Source: Octopus sinensis (taxonomy: Eukaryota). Taken from it: a stretch of DNA of 64,000 nucleotides. A program made the position numbers and the translations under genes. Within the stretch, counting starts at the first letter, position 1, and each line of letters opens with the position of its first letter. Shown here one piece after another: positions 49,610 to 61,712 of this stretch. The DNA lies in NCBI RefSeq assembly GCF_006345805.1, contig NC_042999.1, positions 11,656,001 through 11,720,000 of the forward strand, in the 5' to 3' direction. Below the pieces are notes generated by a model. The model was given only the letters and a program-made list of their open reading frames with translations, was not told where the DNA came from and did not search any database.

Positions 49610-51990
49610 ATGTGGTCCTCTTCATACTGGAAGACCTCTAAGGGACACCCGAGGAATCCAACGGTCGAAGATCTTCCTGAACACTCAGCGCAAATTATCT
49701 ATGGTCGTCCCCGACTGGAAAGTCCTCCGGAACAGACTAGCCAGTTCGTTTTTGTTGATGGTCAGAATTTCCCTAAGAACGTCGTCGCACTTCGCCACCA
49801 CTAATCTTTGATTTATTGCTAAAATGGAACATCCACCGACTGGCAGAGGTCTGTGAACGCCTGACGACATTCGAGGTGCCAAGCGGTCAGCATTGGTCTT
49901 TTCTCCAGCCAGGACTGCAGCTCCGTCAAAAACATGAGCTGCAGCAAGACGTGCCACACAAACGGAATACACACACGCTCACCGTCCAGAAATCGTTGAA
50001 GGTGGGGCAACCTGAGCGCGTCTCCGCATCAGAAGTCACGGCACTTAGTGGGTGCTGACAGCCTGACCATTGGGACGCGTCCCTTCCACAAGAAATTAAA
50101 TTAGAGACTCCCCAACCTGGTCAAGCCATAACCGGGACATGGTACGACTGCTCCAGCGTCGGCAGCAGTGGCTCGGAGGCTAGCACATACAGAGGAGACT
50201 ACAGCGGGCAGCTCTAACGGACCGAGCGTGTCGATATGAAACGGTTTCGATAGATGGCCGTTTACTTTGACCACCGAGCAGGTGCCTCTGTGCATCGCAG
50301 CGATCCAGCCTTTGAAAACGGGTCCGAAACCGGCCAGTTCGGGATGGTTTCCAAGTAACGATGATCAGGTCCCACCGAAGCCAGCTTTAGTCCTAACACT
50401 CTCTATGATACACGACAAAAGGTGGAGGTTGTCGTGGATAAACCTGTTCGGGATTGTGCTTCCCCGATCACACTACCAACCTTTTTGTTAATACCTTGGT
50501 CAAAAATTTTAAACTCTGGGTGTAGCAGAGTTATGGGTCGAAAATTCCCTGGCACTTCACCGTTGTTGGCGTTCTTCCCCAGCAGTGTTACCACACCCTG
50601 GCTAACAGCATTAGGAATTCTCCCATTCTGCTGCCAGCTACAGCAGGCGTCTGCGAAGAGGCCGCCAAACAAATCTTGCATGAATACATAGAATTCATAG
50701 GACAGACCATCCCAACCGGGTGGTTTGTGACATGTGCAATCGGTCACCGCTTCCTGTATTTTAATGGCCATTATTGACCTTTCGTAGGACTTCGCGTCGG
50801 CTGCCGAGAGCCGCGGAAAGCCGTCCAGGTATGAACAAAAGTCCTCCACCGTCGTTGACCCATCGCCCTCTCCAAACAGCCACGCGAAATACTGCTTGAA
50901 AGTCGCATGCATCAACTCGGAATCGAGAAGGATGCGTCTGTCCCGATCTGTCAAAGATCTCATCGTAGTTTTGTTGCTATGTCACATCTGAAAACTGTTC
51001 GAGCCCATTGGATGGCTTTAATTATTTCGTGTTTCAGTGCAAGGGATTTAGTTCTGACAACGCACCATTTGTGTTTCGCCTCGAAGAAACGGTCAAGGGC
51101 CATTCTCGTCCCCACCACATCGGTCGCGTAGCTTTCATTAATCGCCTCTTCCCTCTAATCTGTTTCTTTCTATTCCTAGCTCTTTGCTAAACCTTATCGA
51201 TTCTACTCTAATCGCTCTCTTCAGGGCGATCCACTTCCGTCAACTGCTGTTCAACTAATCCGGTCCCTGTAATCCTTGTGTGCCGGTAACGACGAATTCA
51301 GTTTCCAATAACCGGGTTTCTGTCTATGTGTCCTATCTAAATCGACTGTGCAGATCACAAATTTGTGGTCTATGTAGCTGACCAATTTGAATCGTGGACA
51401 ACCTACGCTGACCCTATCCGCTGACCTAACAAATACTCCATCTAGATATGATCTGGACGACCCTTTGTGGTTGTTCGATGTCCAGACTGGCACATCAGGG
51501 AAATCCACTCGGTACCTGAGAGTCGGAAGTTTCTGAGTAGATTTTCAAGGCTTCTGCACCCCTCCTGCTAAGTTCTAGCTCCTTATATACTCCTGCCGTG
51601 CATCCAAAATAATAGTTCAGTCCCCCATTAGTACTAAAGTGCGAAACATTTTCAGAAAAGTTTCAAGATGCTTGAAGAAATCTGGCCTTCCAGCCCCTGT
51701 TGGAACATAAACGGCAAACAATCCAAATGTGCTACCTTCATTGTCGCTCACGTCTAGGTCTAAGAACATTGCCTGTACTTTGAGATCTAAGGGGTTTCGG
51801 AATAGCACTGCTACTTTGCCGTCCACTCCCGTCAAAATATCCCATAGTCGTGGGCGTTAGTGCTTGCGCATTAGAAACCTTAGTCTCGCTAATTGCGGCC
51901 ACTTCTAATTCGAGCAACCTGAGGTCATTGATCACGGGAAAATAAACCTGTTCTTTTCCATAATGGCATTTCAACTACGGAGAATTCTTG
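49610..51990 (-). mobile_element. Tx1/L1-clade LINE ORF2, degenerate and internally deleted
   Basis: APE: AAISETK, FAVYVP, LMGD, SYLD.VFV, DHKFV, GYWKLNSSL; RT: KPPGWDGLSYEFY, GVVTLL, NFRPITLL, VKVNGHLSKPF. Confidence 0.85.
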
Positions 51991-53374
51991 ACTCTTGAGA
52001 TTATCTTCTTTCTTTAATTGTTACTTGGTAATTATTGTACTTCCTCTCCAGGCGGAAAGAATTTTAGAAAAATACAGAATTTATGTCGCAAGATATTTGT
52101 TATACTTATATTTGCTGGTTGTGTGTGTGTGTGGTGTGTGTGTGTGTGTGTGTGTTTAAAAAATCGCACAGAAGGACGACAAAGGAACATACACAAAACA
52201 TGGGCATGCTCTTCCCTTATCAGTTATTGTCCAAAAAGCATAACAGTTTCGCGCCTTTAACAATCTGTTGTTCATTTTAGTGACATCAACAGCAAAAAGT
52301 TGCTGGAAATGAATGAAGAAACAAAGAACGGCGACGAAAACAAAGGACAGGTGGCAGTTGGTAGAATTTATATAAATGGAAACCTATAAAGGTGTTAGAG
52401 CAGCCATCAGACAGCATTAGGACAAGATCTGTGTAAAGGAAACTGATGTCCTAGTGGACACGGAAAAGGGAAATGGAGAGATGGAAAGAGAGAAAGAAAG
52501 GTGGGGGAAAAAGGGAAATGCAAAGGCGAAAATCCGAGAGAAGCATGACTGAAGAGGTGAGCGGTCAAGGAAAAAAAGGGAAGAAATGGACGGAGAAATG
52601 GGATGATGAGGGGTAGCGAGAAGGAAGTAGGGGAGAGAAAGAGACGGAGATGGAAGCAAAGTAAAGGGACGAAAGTGGGGGAGGAGGGGTAGATAGAAAG
52701 AAAGGGAATAAAGGAGGGGTGCATAGAATAAAAGAGGGAGAAAAGTGAAGGGAGGAGGGGAGAGAAAAAGAATTGCTGCCACTCTTTCTGCCTTTGCTTC
52801 CGTCTCTTCTGCCCCAGTTTCTTTCTCTTCTCTTCTCTGTTCTGAGTACTTGATACGTTTTAGTATTGTACATGTTTAGTAAAGCTCTACTTGATTGCCA
52901 TATGACTGCGACCATGCTGGGGCACCACCTTGTAGAATCTTAGTCGAGAAACTCCAAGGTGCCCCGTGGTGGGACTGAACCCGGAACCATGTGGTTAGGA
53001 AGCAAACTTCTTACCTCACAGCCTGCCTTGTAAAATTTTATACACACACACACGCGCGCGCGCGTATAATATTCGCTTCAAAAATAGCATTAAAAATATA
53101 TAAATAAAAAAACAATTATTTAATAAATCGTTTGAATGCTAAAGGGATTTCTTAATCACCCCAGGTGTGTGCGTCTATGTATCTATACACCCATATACAC
53201 ACTTACATACATACCTACACATGCACCGGTTCACCTCACCAGTGAGAGGCCATCTGGATATCTGTGAATAAAAAACAACTGCCTCAGCAGATTTTATGGC
53301 AGATGGTGAATGTAGAGGCCACTGGGTGGATGAATGGAGATTATTACCACAGCCCCACCCCCACACCCCTCCTC

Positions 53375-53422
<48 letters not shown>

Positions 53423-53576
53423 GTGTGTGTATGTATGTACGTACGTATGTGTATGTATGTTTGTACGTATGTGTGTGTACAAACCGGATGTTTGTGACGA
53501 ATGAGTGTTAGCGAGACGATTACGTCAGATATTGAACAATGAACGACTTCACAGTCGTTTTTTTGTAATAAATTCA

Positions 53577-53577
<1 letters not shown>

Positions 53578-53617
<40 letters not shown>

Positions 53618-53643
53618 TCCGCCTCCGCCGCCGCCGCCGCCGC
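53578..53643. repeat. (CCG)n trinucleotide tract, about 21 units with two CCT interruptions
   Basis: Direct; poly-Pro in ORF 53505-53693. Confidence 0.95.
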
Positions 53644-53769
53644 TTCGTCATTGCGATATCAATTTATTACTAACAAACTTTATTAATTATTGATCCCAGT
53701 TTTATTACTCAGGTCCAAAGACGTGGACAGTGTCCCTGCAAATATTACCTTGCAATAGTCATTTCCAGC

Positions 53770-53915
53770 CGTTAAGGCGGCGGCGGCGGCGGACCTGGCA
53801 GAATCGTTAGCGCGCCGGACGAAATGCTTTGCGGCTTTTTGTTCGTCTTGGCGTTCTGAGTTCAAATTCCGACCAGGTCGACTTTGCCCTTCATAAGTAC
53901 CAGTTGTGCTGCAGT
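53770..53915 (+). mobile_element. SINE family B head (sense orientation)
   Basis: GGCGGACCTGGCAGAATCGTTAGCGCG...GAGTTCAAATTCCGACCAGGTCGACTTTGCC. Confidence 0.75.
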
Positions 53916-54356
53916 TGGTTTAAACGACTTACGCCCTCCCTCCAAACTTGCTGGCTTTGTGCAAAAAACAAAACAAAACTGAAACCAATATTCAGTTTGG
54001 GATTTTGTTTTGTGGTTCGAATCGCACCCAGAAAAATAAATTCCACGTTAAATAGTGTGGATTAAAAGATTACAATCATTCATTCATTACTTAAATATGT
54101 GAGCGGTTGTTAATGTTTGGGTAGGTGTTTGAAGGAATGGTGCGTGATAGTGAACCGTACCAGTAATTCAATGGGGTCCTGCTTCGTCATATCCTGTGTC
54201 ACGCTGAATCTCCTCGAGAACTATGTTAAGGGTACACATGTCTGTGGTGTGCTCAGCCACTTGACCGTTAATCTCACGAGCAGGCTGATCCGTTGATCGG
54301 ATCAAGTGGAACACACGTCACCATAACCGACGAAAAGTCAGCCTATATCTATCTAT

Positions 54357-54436
<80 letters not shown>

Positions 54437-54440
<4 letters not shown>

Positions 54441-54661
54441 TTTCTTTACTACCCACAAGGGACAAACAAGGACAGACAAACGGATTAAGTCGATGTAATC
54501 GACCCCAGTACGTAACTGGCACTTAATTTATCGACCCCGAAAGGCAAAGTTGACCTCTGCGGAATTTGAACTCAGAACGTAACGGCTGACGAAAAACGGC
54601 TGACGAAAAACGGCTACGCATTTCGCCCGGCGTGCTAACGTTTCTGCCAGCTCACCGCCTT

Positions 54662-54662
<1 letters not shown>
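54437..54662 (-). mobile_element. SINE family B, near full length
   Basis: Inverted relative to 53770-53915; internal 14-nt tandem duplication ACGGCTGACGAAAA. Confidence 0.8.
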
Positions 54663-54718
<56 letters not shown>

Positions 54719-54906
54719 CACATATAATAATAAATATTAGGGAATATATCCAAATTTACAGGGAAAAAAATCAGATTTAGGATTAAATCCAATTTTATAG
54801 TAAAATATTATAAAATATTATTTGAGACAAAACCACTATTTTGCAAAACAAACAAGGAAAGACTTAATCAATACATAAAATTTAATAAATAGTCAAAAAA
54901 AAACCG

Positions 54907-54949
54907 CCACTACAATCGTTTCTTGTCTTGATCGACAATCTTCAGGTGG
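54907..54949 (-). ncRNA. Type I hammerhead motif, left arm of palindrome
   Basis: Mirror image of 55010-55052. Confidence 0.6.
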
Positions 54950-55009
54950 ACTTCCAATAATTCAGTTACAAATTATGAAGTCATAATTTGTAACTGAATT
55001 ATTGGAAGT

Positions 55010-55052
55010 CCACCTGAAGATTGTCGATCAAGACAAGAAACGATTGTAGTGG
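55010..55052 (+). ncRNA. Type I hammerhead motif, right arm of palindrome
   Basis: CCAC-CTGAAGA-TTGTC-gatcaa-GACAA-GAAA-C-gatt-GTA-GTGG. Helix I CCAC/GTGG, helix II TTGTC/GACAA, 2-bp helix III with GATT loop, GUA cleavage triplet (55046-55048). Confidence 0.65.
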
Positions 55053-55155
55053 CGGTTTTTTTTTGACTATTTATTAAATTTTATGTATTGATTAAGTCTT
55101 TCCTTGTTTGTTTTGCAAAATAGTGGTTTTGTCTCAAATAATATTTTATATACAC

Positions 55156-55188
<33 letters not shown>

Positions 55189-55189
55189 C

Positions 55190-55226
<37 letters not shown>

Positions 55227-55339
55227 CATATACATATATACATATATATATATACATATATATATATACATATATATATATACATATATACATATACATA
55301 TATACATATATATACATATATACATATACATATATACAT

Positions 55340-55389
<50 letters not shown>

Positions 55390-55444
55390 ACTATGTGACC
55401 GACCAGGCTATCAGATGTTGCTACACATCGCTGGTCACAATGCG

Positions 55445-55667
55445 CTTCAAATGACGCCACCCTGCTGGCTAAGCGAGCAGGCCAACAGAAGAAAGAGTGA
55501 GAGAAAGTTGCGGCGAAAGAGTACAGCAGGGATCGCCACCACCCCCTGTTGGAGCCTCATGGAGCTTTAGGTGTTTTCACTCAATAAACAATCAATGCCC
55601 AGTTTGGGAATCGAAACCGCGATCCTACGACCGTGAGTCCGCTACCCTAACCACTGGGCCATTGCAC
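55445..55667 (-). mobile_element. tRNA-derived SINE
   Basis: Minus-strand head GGTGCAATGGCCCAGTGGTTAGGG...GGTTTCGATTCCC. Confidence 0.65.
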
Positions 55668-55669
55668 CT

Positions 55670-55700
<31 letters not shown>

Positions 55701-55720
55701 CATACATACACTCACACACA

Positions 55721-56985
55721 CAAGGTGTAACAGGTAAAGTGGGACCATTTAAGTATCTTTATTGTAATTGGTATAAGTCGGGAAAATCGAACATTGCAAA
55801 TTTTATGCTTATGCCAATTTATAGTGGATTGTTCAGCACTTATTTCAGTTCAACGTGACCGCCATTTGCTATCTTTACCAGTTCGTTCTGTTCACGAAAT
55901 GATGCGGATGCCTTAACTATTTCTTCCTTTTTATATTTTACTGAATGCTCGCTTGATCGAAGCCTTCAGCGAAGAAGACACAGTTGTTAGAAGTTGCGTT
56001 GGATAATGCTTCAACTGCGCCTCAGAGGCAAATATCACAGAGATTCAAATCTGGCAAGCTAGAAGGCTAGATATCTTTTGGGACAAGCATGGGAAATTCC
56101 CTCTTCAAACATTTTTGCACAAAAAGAGTCCTGCACAAACAAAACTCGACTTGCATCATAATGCTTCCTAATCCAAGGCAACAAACCTTCTAAGAATCTG
56201 AGGTACTCTGCTGTGTTGATTTTAAGACCCGCTTCAATAAAATGAGGAGGCATCAATTTCCCATCTCTTGCAACAGCTCCAACGACCATAATGGAAGCCA
56301 GATTCTTGCTATGCCTAGCTGAAGGAGCCTGGAAAGGGCCGTACGCCATCACTCGTGAGTTTTGACGGTTTGCAACTTCGTCTACCATAAACTTCTTTTC
56401 ATCCACGAAGATGCGGACGTCGCCGCTACCATGTTTCAGATGACAAAGAAGTCTGGGACTTCTTTCAGCATGAATAGTTTGGGAGCAGATAGTTAGGATG
56501 TTACAGTGTTTCCTCATGCACGATTTCATATGGAGGTCTTGTCTCATAGCCGTAGAAACAGTCATTTTACTGATTTCTCGATCTTGAGCCAACTTTACCA
56601 TCGATTTAAGGAGTTCGGCTTAATCGATCTTTTAAGTCTTGCTAAGAAGCGAGGTGGGCGCTTTCGATCACTGCAAGAACTATGAGGCCTTCTCCGAATA
56701 TCCCCGACTTTTCCTCAAATTGGTTACAACTCTAAAAACAATGGATTTCGCTTACCTTCCAGCTCTAACAATCTCCGCAGCACTTTTGCCAGCGCGGAAT
56801 AATTCGGTAATTACATTTCTACGGTTTAATTCTTTATTGACTTTCGTAATTTGGTCAATCAGAAGCAAAAGGTAGTGTAAGTGATTATTCAAGCTTGTAA
56901 TATTTAAAATTTAGACTCCAAAAGAATATATACAACCAGAAAAATGCCCATTTGACACTTGTCCCAATACACCTGTTACCCCCTG
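55721..56985 (-). mobile_element. DD37D-like (maT-type) transposon, near full length, disrupted
   Basis: ORF 56059-56601: IFVDEKKF, NRQNSRV, SIMVVGAVARDGKLMPPHF..GLKINTAEYL, FVQDS; later PDLNLCD and GGHVE; imperfect TIRs CAAGGTGTAACAGGT / ACCTGTTACCCCCTG. Confidence 0.85.
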
Positions 56986-59076
56986 TATACACGCAATCAC
57001 GCAGACGAGGGGCTGCCGAAAAGTTTCTGGCTTTGGATAAAAGAAAATACAGAAGGATTAGTTAATTCTGATTTTCCTCGACATATTCCTCCTCCCTCGC
57101 ATTCACACATTGCAGTGGTCTTTCAAGAACTCGGAAGGTTGGATCTCTAAGCAGGCCTTTCGCGATACCCTCAAAGCCAAGAACTTTTCCCCACCCCTCA
57201 TACACGTGTGCGTGTCTTGTTTGTTTGTTTATGAATTCATAGATTATATGACTTGTGTATGGTCGTTAATTAATCAAATCGTTAATTGTGCTCTCTGTTA
57301 TTAATATTTAAGTATCTTATTTCTTGCAAGTTTATTTCTAAAGGGATTTATTAAATTATACAAAAGGATTCTAAATCCGGGTTTGTTATGTATTTATTAA
57401 GAATGGGATTAAATGAATTGAAAAGAAAGATTCATTGTCGTTTGGTTTTGTCTATGTTCTATCTTGTTTCAGTCATTAGACTACGGCCATGCTGGGGCAC
57501 CGCCTTGAAGAATTTCAGTCTCACGAATCAGCCTCAGTATTTATCTCTTTAAAAGCCGGGGCATTTATTCTATCGAGCTCTTTGGCCAAACTGCTATGTT
57601 ATGGAGATTTAAACACACCAACACCGGCTTTCAAGTGATACTGGGGAACCAACATGCACACATGCGACAAGATTCAATAATTTTTAGATGTATTTCTTTA
57701 AGTTGTATCTGATTACATTTGAAACGAAATATTGGTTTCAAATTTTGGCACAAGGCCAGCAATTTGTGGTGGTGGCGTGGAGCAAGTCGATTGGATCGAC
57801 CTCAGGATTCAACTGGTACTTATTTTATCGGCTCTGAAAGGATGAAAGCCAAAGTCGACCTCGGACTTAAAACGTAAAAACAGACAAAATGCCGCTAACC
57901 AGTCTATGAGCTCACCGCTTTATTATTATTTTTTGCTTTGAAACGAAATATTAAAACTTATTTTAGTTGCAGGTGTGGCTCTCGGTACAGGTGAGACTGT
58001 GTGACTAAGAAGCTTGCTTCCTAACCACATTGTTCCCAGTTCAGTCCCACTGGGTGGTACTTCATCCGTGGGACATTAAAGCCTTGTAATTGGATTTAGC
58101 AGACAAAAACTGAAAGGAGCTCGTCATGTGTGTGTGTATGGTTGTATTTGTGTGTGTGCATGTGTGTATGTGCTTGTGTGTGTGTGTGTACACACACACA
58201 CACATATGTATGGATGGATAAATGAATGTATGTATACGTCACAGAATCCTGAAAACTGACTTTATGGCTCGAGAAGGACTTTTGATCTCTGTGTATTATA
58301 AGATTTTAAAGACGATTTAGGACTGGAAATCAAGACACGTAATTACGCATCACAGTAATAAAATGTATTTTGTAAGGAAAAAACAAAGAATCATTTAACG
58401 TTTCGGGTGGTGGTCTTTTGTCAAGAAGGAAATGAAACGGGCAAAGAATAAAGAAACTTCCATGGAAGCAATGTTGCTGTCTTAGTGTGTAAAAGTGAAT
58501 GAGTGAATGAATGAATGAATAGTAGAAGGAAAGTGTGTGTGTGTGTATGGGGGGGGGGAGAACGAATGGTGGCCATTAATTTCTGTGATTCTACAACCAA
58601 TGAGTAACAATGACGATTACGAGAGCAACAACAACAACAATACTATAAAGTAAAACAACAGCAATAGTGTTCTCAGCAGCAAAAAGGTAAATGAATTTCA
58701 ATGGAGAGAATGTTAATAGTAGTAAAAACATCATCGAACATAACTACTACTACTACTACTACCACAATAAAAGTAGCTAGGAGTCGGCCAACTGCAAAAA
58801 GAAAAGCAGAAGATATTTGTAATGATGCCCATAACACTGAGAAAAACAACAACAACAACAATAATAATAATAATCCTTTCTACTAAAGGCACAAAGCCTG
58901 ACATTTCAGGGGAGGGGATTAGCCGATTACATCAACCCCTGTGTTTCACTGATATTTACTTTATCGACCCAGGAAGGATAAAAGACCAAGTCGACCTCGA
59001 CAAAATTTGAACTCTGAACGTAGCAATGGGCAAAATATCACTAAGCATGTCATCCAGCATGCTAACGATTCCACCT

Positions 59077-59108
59077 TAATAATAATAATAATAATAATAA
59101 TGATAATA

Positions 59109-59163
<55 letters not shown>

Positions 59164-59168
59164 CGATG

Positions 59169-59201
<33 letters not shown>

Positions 59202-59232
59202 TAATAATAATGATAATAATAATAATAATATG

Positions 59233-59326
<94 letters not shown>

Positions 59327-59346
59327 TAATAATAATAATAATAATA

Positions 59347-59387
<41 letters not shown>

Positions 59388-59442
59388 TAATAATATGATA
59401 ATAATAATAATAATAATATAATAATAATAATAATAATAATAA

Positions 59443-59476
<34 letters not shown>

Positions 59477-59499
59477 TAATAATAATAATAATAATAATG

Positions 59500-59556
<57 letters not shown>

Positions 59557-59630
59557 TAATAATAATAATGATAATAATAATAATAATAGTGACGATGATG
59601 ATGATGATGATGATGACAGCAATAACAATG
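59077..59630. repeat. Compound (AAT)n/(GAT)n microsatellite, ~550 bp
   Basis: Direct; source of the poly-N/I/M/Y ORFs. Confidence 0.95.
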
Positions 59631-61189
59631 ACAAGAGCAAGTCTATGAGGACCATGTAGTAGCTTAATCTGACAGGAATAACAACCAAATCTCCCTCAAA
59701 AATCATACCTTACTGTTATAAATAAGAAAAAGATGAGGTTGTTCTAGAGTTGGGAAAAAATATGATGGATGGTCCTGGGTGGATTGTCTTTGATCGTATG
59801 CATGCTTGATCATGGTTAACCTTGTGTCAAACAATATCAACATGATTGAAAAATCATGAGAATGAGTTTAGAGATTTGTCACAACAACAACAAAAAAAAC
59901 AACTTTATAATGTGGAGGAGTATTTCATGTTGAAAAAAGGAATTTGAATAACAATGACGCCATCACCCCCACCACCATCACAACGACACCAACAACAACA
60001 ACAAAAAAACTAATAAAAAACAGTAACAACAAATTAATAACCACCATTGCAAATCAAAAAAGTGGTTACAATCACCACCAACCCCCAGCATCACCAAAAA
60101 CACCAGCAACACTACCGCCGCCACCACCACCACCACTGACAACAACAACAGCAATACTAATGTTAACAAACAATGCTCGAGATTTGTCTCCTGATCCCTG
60201 ATTAATTAAGTCCTCCGATCTGCCACAGAAAATCCTTATTTTAAGCCGTTTTATTAAAATGGCGTCCGAGCATTCGTCATAGCATTGTCATCAAACAATA
60301 GATTTATCAAGTCCATAAAACGTTGACCGGAGAATGTCATTCTCTCATCCATTGCTCATTTAATTGCAAAATGGAAATTGCAATAAATGTAAAAACAAAC
60401 AAATATTGCCAATGGTCTTTTGTTTCCTGCAACTGGACCTTTGTGGCGATATTTGGCTGTCGTAGGAAACACCAGTTCTTGGTGGACACACTGTAATGTT
60501 CTGAATTTGTTTGGAATCACATTCAAGTTTATAAGTTTTAAGGGAACATTGGGGTTTGGCTCTTTAGATTTCACAAACAAAATCTGGGTTTCGTTGTCAT
60601 CATCATCATCATCATGTGCAAGATGAATGTCTTAAAACTGTTTGAAAAATAGACTTCTTTATCGCCATAACAATTTATAAACTTTGAACGAGCGTGAAAT
60701 AATTTTTTAAATTCAAGTTTTGAGAGAAAGGTTTTGATGGAATAGATTGGGATTATCTTTTACTTGTTTCACTCATTGAACTCTGGCCATGCTGGGGCAC
60801 CACCTTGAAGGGTTGAACACAACGACCACAATACTTATTGTTTAAAGTCTGGTCCTTATTCTATTGGTCTCTTATGCTGAATCACTAAGTTACAGGGATA
60901 TAAACAAACCAACATACATTGTCAAGTGGTGAGAGACAAACACACACAATGGGCTTCTACACGGTTTCCATCTACCAAATTCACTCACATGGCATTGGTC
61001 AGCCTGGAGCTTTAGTAGAAAACACTTGCCCAAGTTCCCACACAATAACCACCATGACTAGCCCTATTTCATTCTTTTTGGAGATCACCAGGATGACATA
61101 ACTTGAAGTAGTAAACATTTTACGAAGCGAAATATTTCTTAAAGATGAAAAATTATTAAAACCAGGAAGAAATCCAGGGGATTTGGGTT

Positions 61190-61712
61190 TTTCTTTTTTC
61201 TTTGCCAGCCTCGCCTGGCCCTGTACCGGTGACACGTAAAAGCACCGTCCGTTCATGGCCGTTTGCCAGCTCCGTCTGGCCCCGTGTCAGTGGCACGTAA
61301 AAGCACCATCCGTTCGTGTCCGTTGCCAGCCTCGGCTGGCCCCCGTGCCGGTGACATGTAAAAGCACCGTCCGTTTGTGGCCGTTTGCCAGCTCAGTCTG
61401 GCCCCGTGTTGGTGGCACGTAAAAGCACCATCCGTTCATGTCCGTTGCCAGCATCGCCTGGCCCCGTGCCGGTGACACGTAAAAGCACCATCCGTTCGTG
61501 GCCATTTGCCAGCTCTGTCTGGCACCTGTGCAGGTGGCACGTAAAAAACACCCACTACACTTGCGGAGTGGTTGGCGTTAGGAAGGGCATCCAGCCGTAG
61601 AAACACTGCCAGATCTGACTGGGCCTGACAAAGCCTTCCAGCTTCACAGACCCCAGTTGACCCGTCCAACCCATGCTAGCATGGAAAGCAGACGCTAAAT
61701 GATGATGATGTA
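61190..61712 (+). mobile_element. RTE 3' end with ~6 units of the 62-63-bp minisatellite
   Basis: Repeating GGTGACACGTAAAAGCACC.TCCGTTC.TG.CCGTT.GCCAGC units, then GGAAGGGCATCC...CATGCTAGCATGGAAAGCAGACGCTAAAT(GAT)n. Confidence 0.8.

Larger units (their letters stand above)
54809..55150. repeat. Perfect palindrome: 170-bp arms, 2-nt spacer (AG, 54979-54980)
   Basis: Checked block by block: 54809-54978 is the exact reverse complement of 54981-55150, including the 9-nt A/T run. Confidence 0.97.

Noticed and set aside
52068-52130. Possible + strand exon AERILEKYRIYVARYL after CTTCCTCTCCAG
   Set aside because: Acceptor-like site present but no convincing donor before the (TG)n tract, and the peptide is unrecognised.
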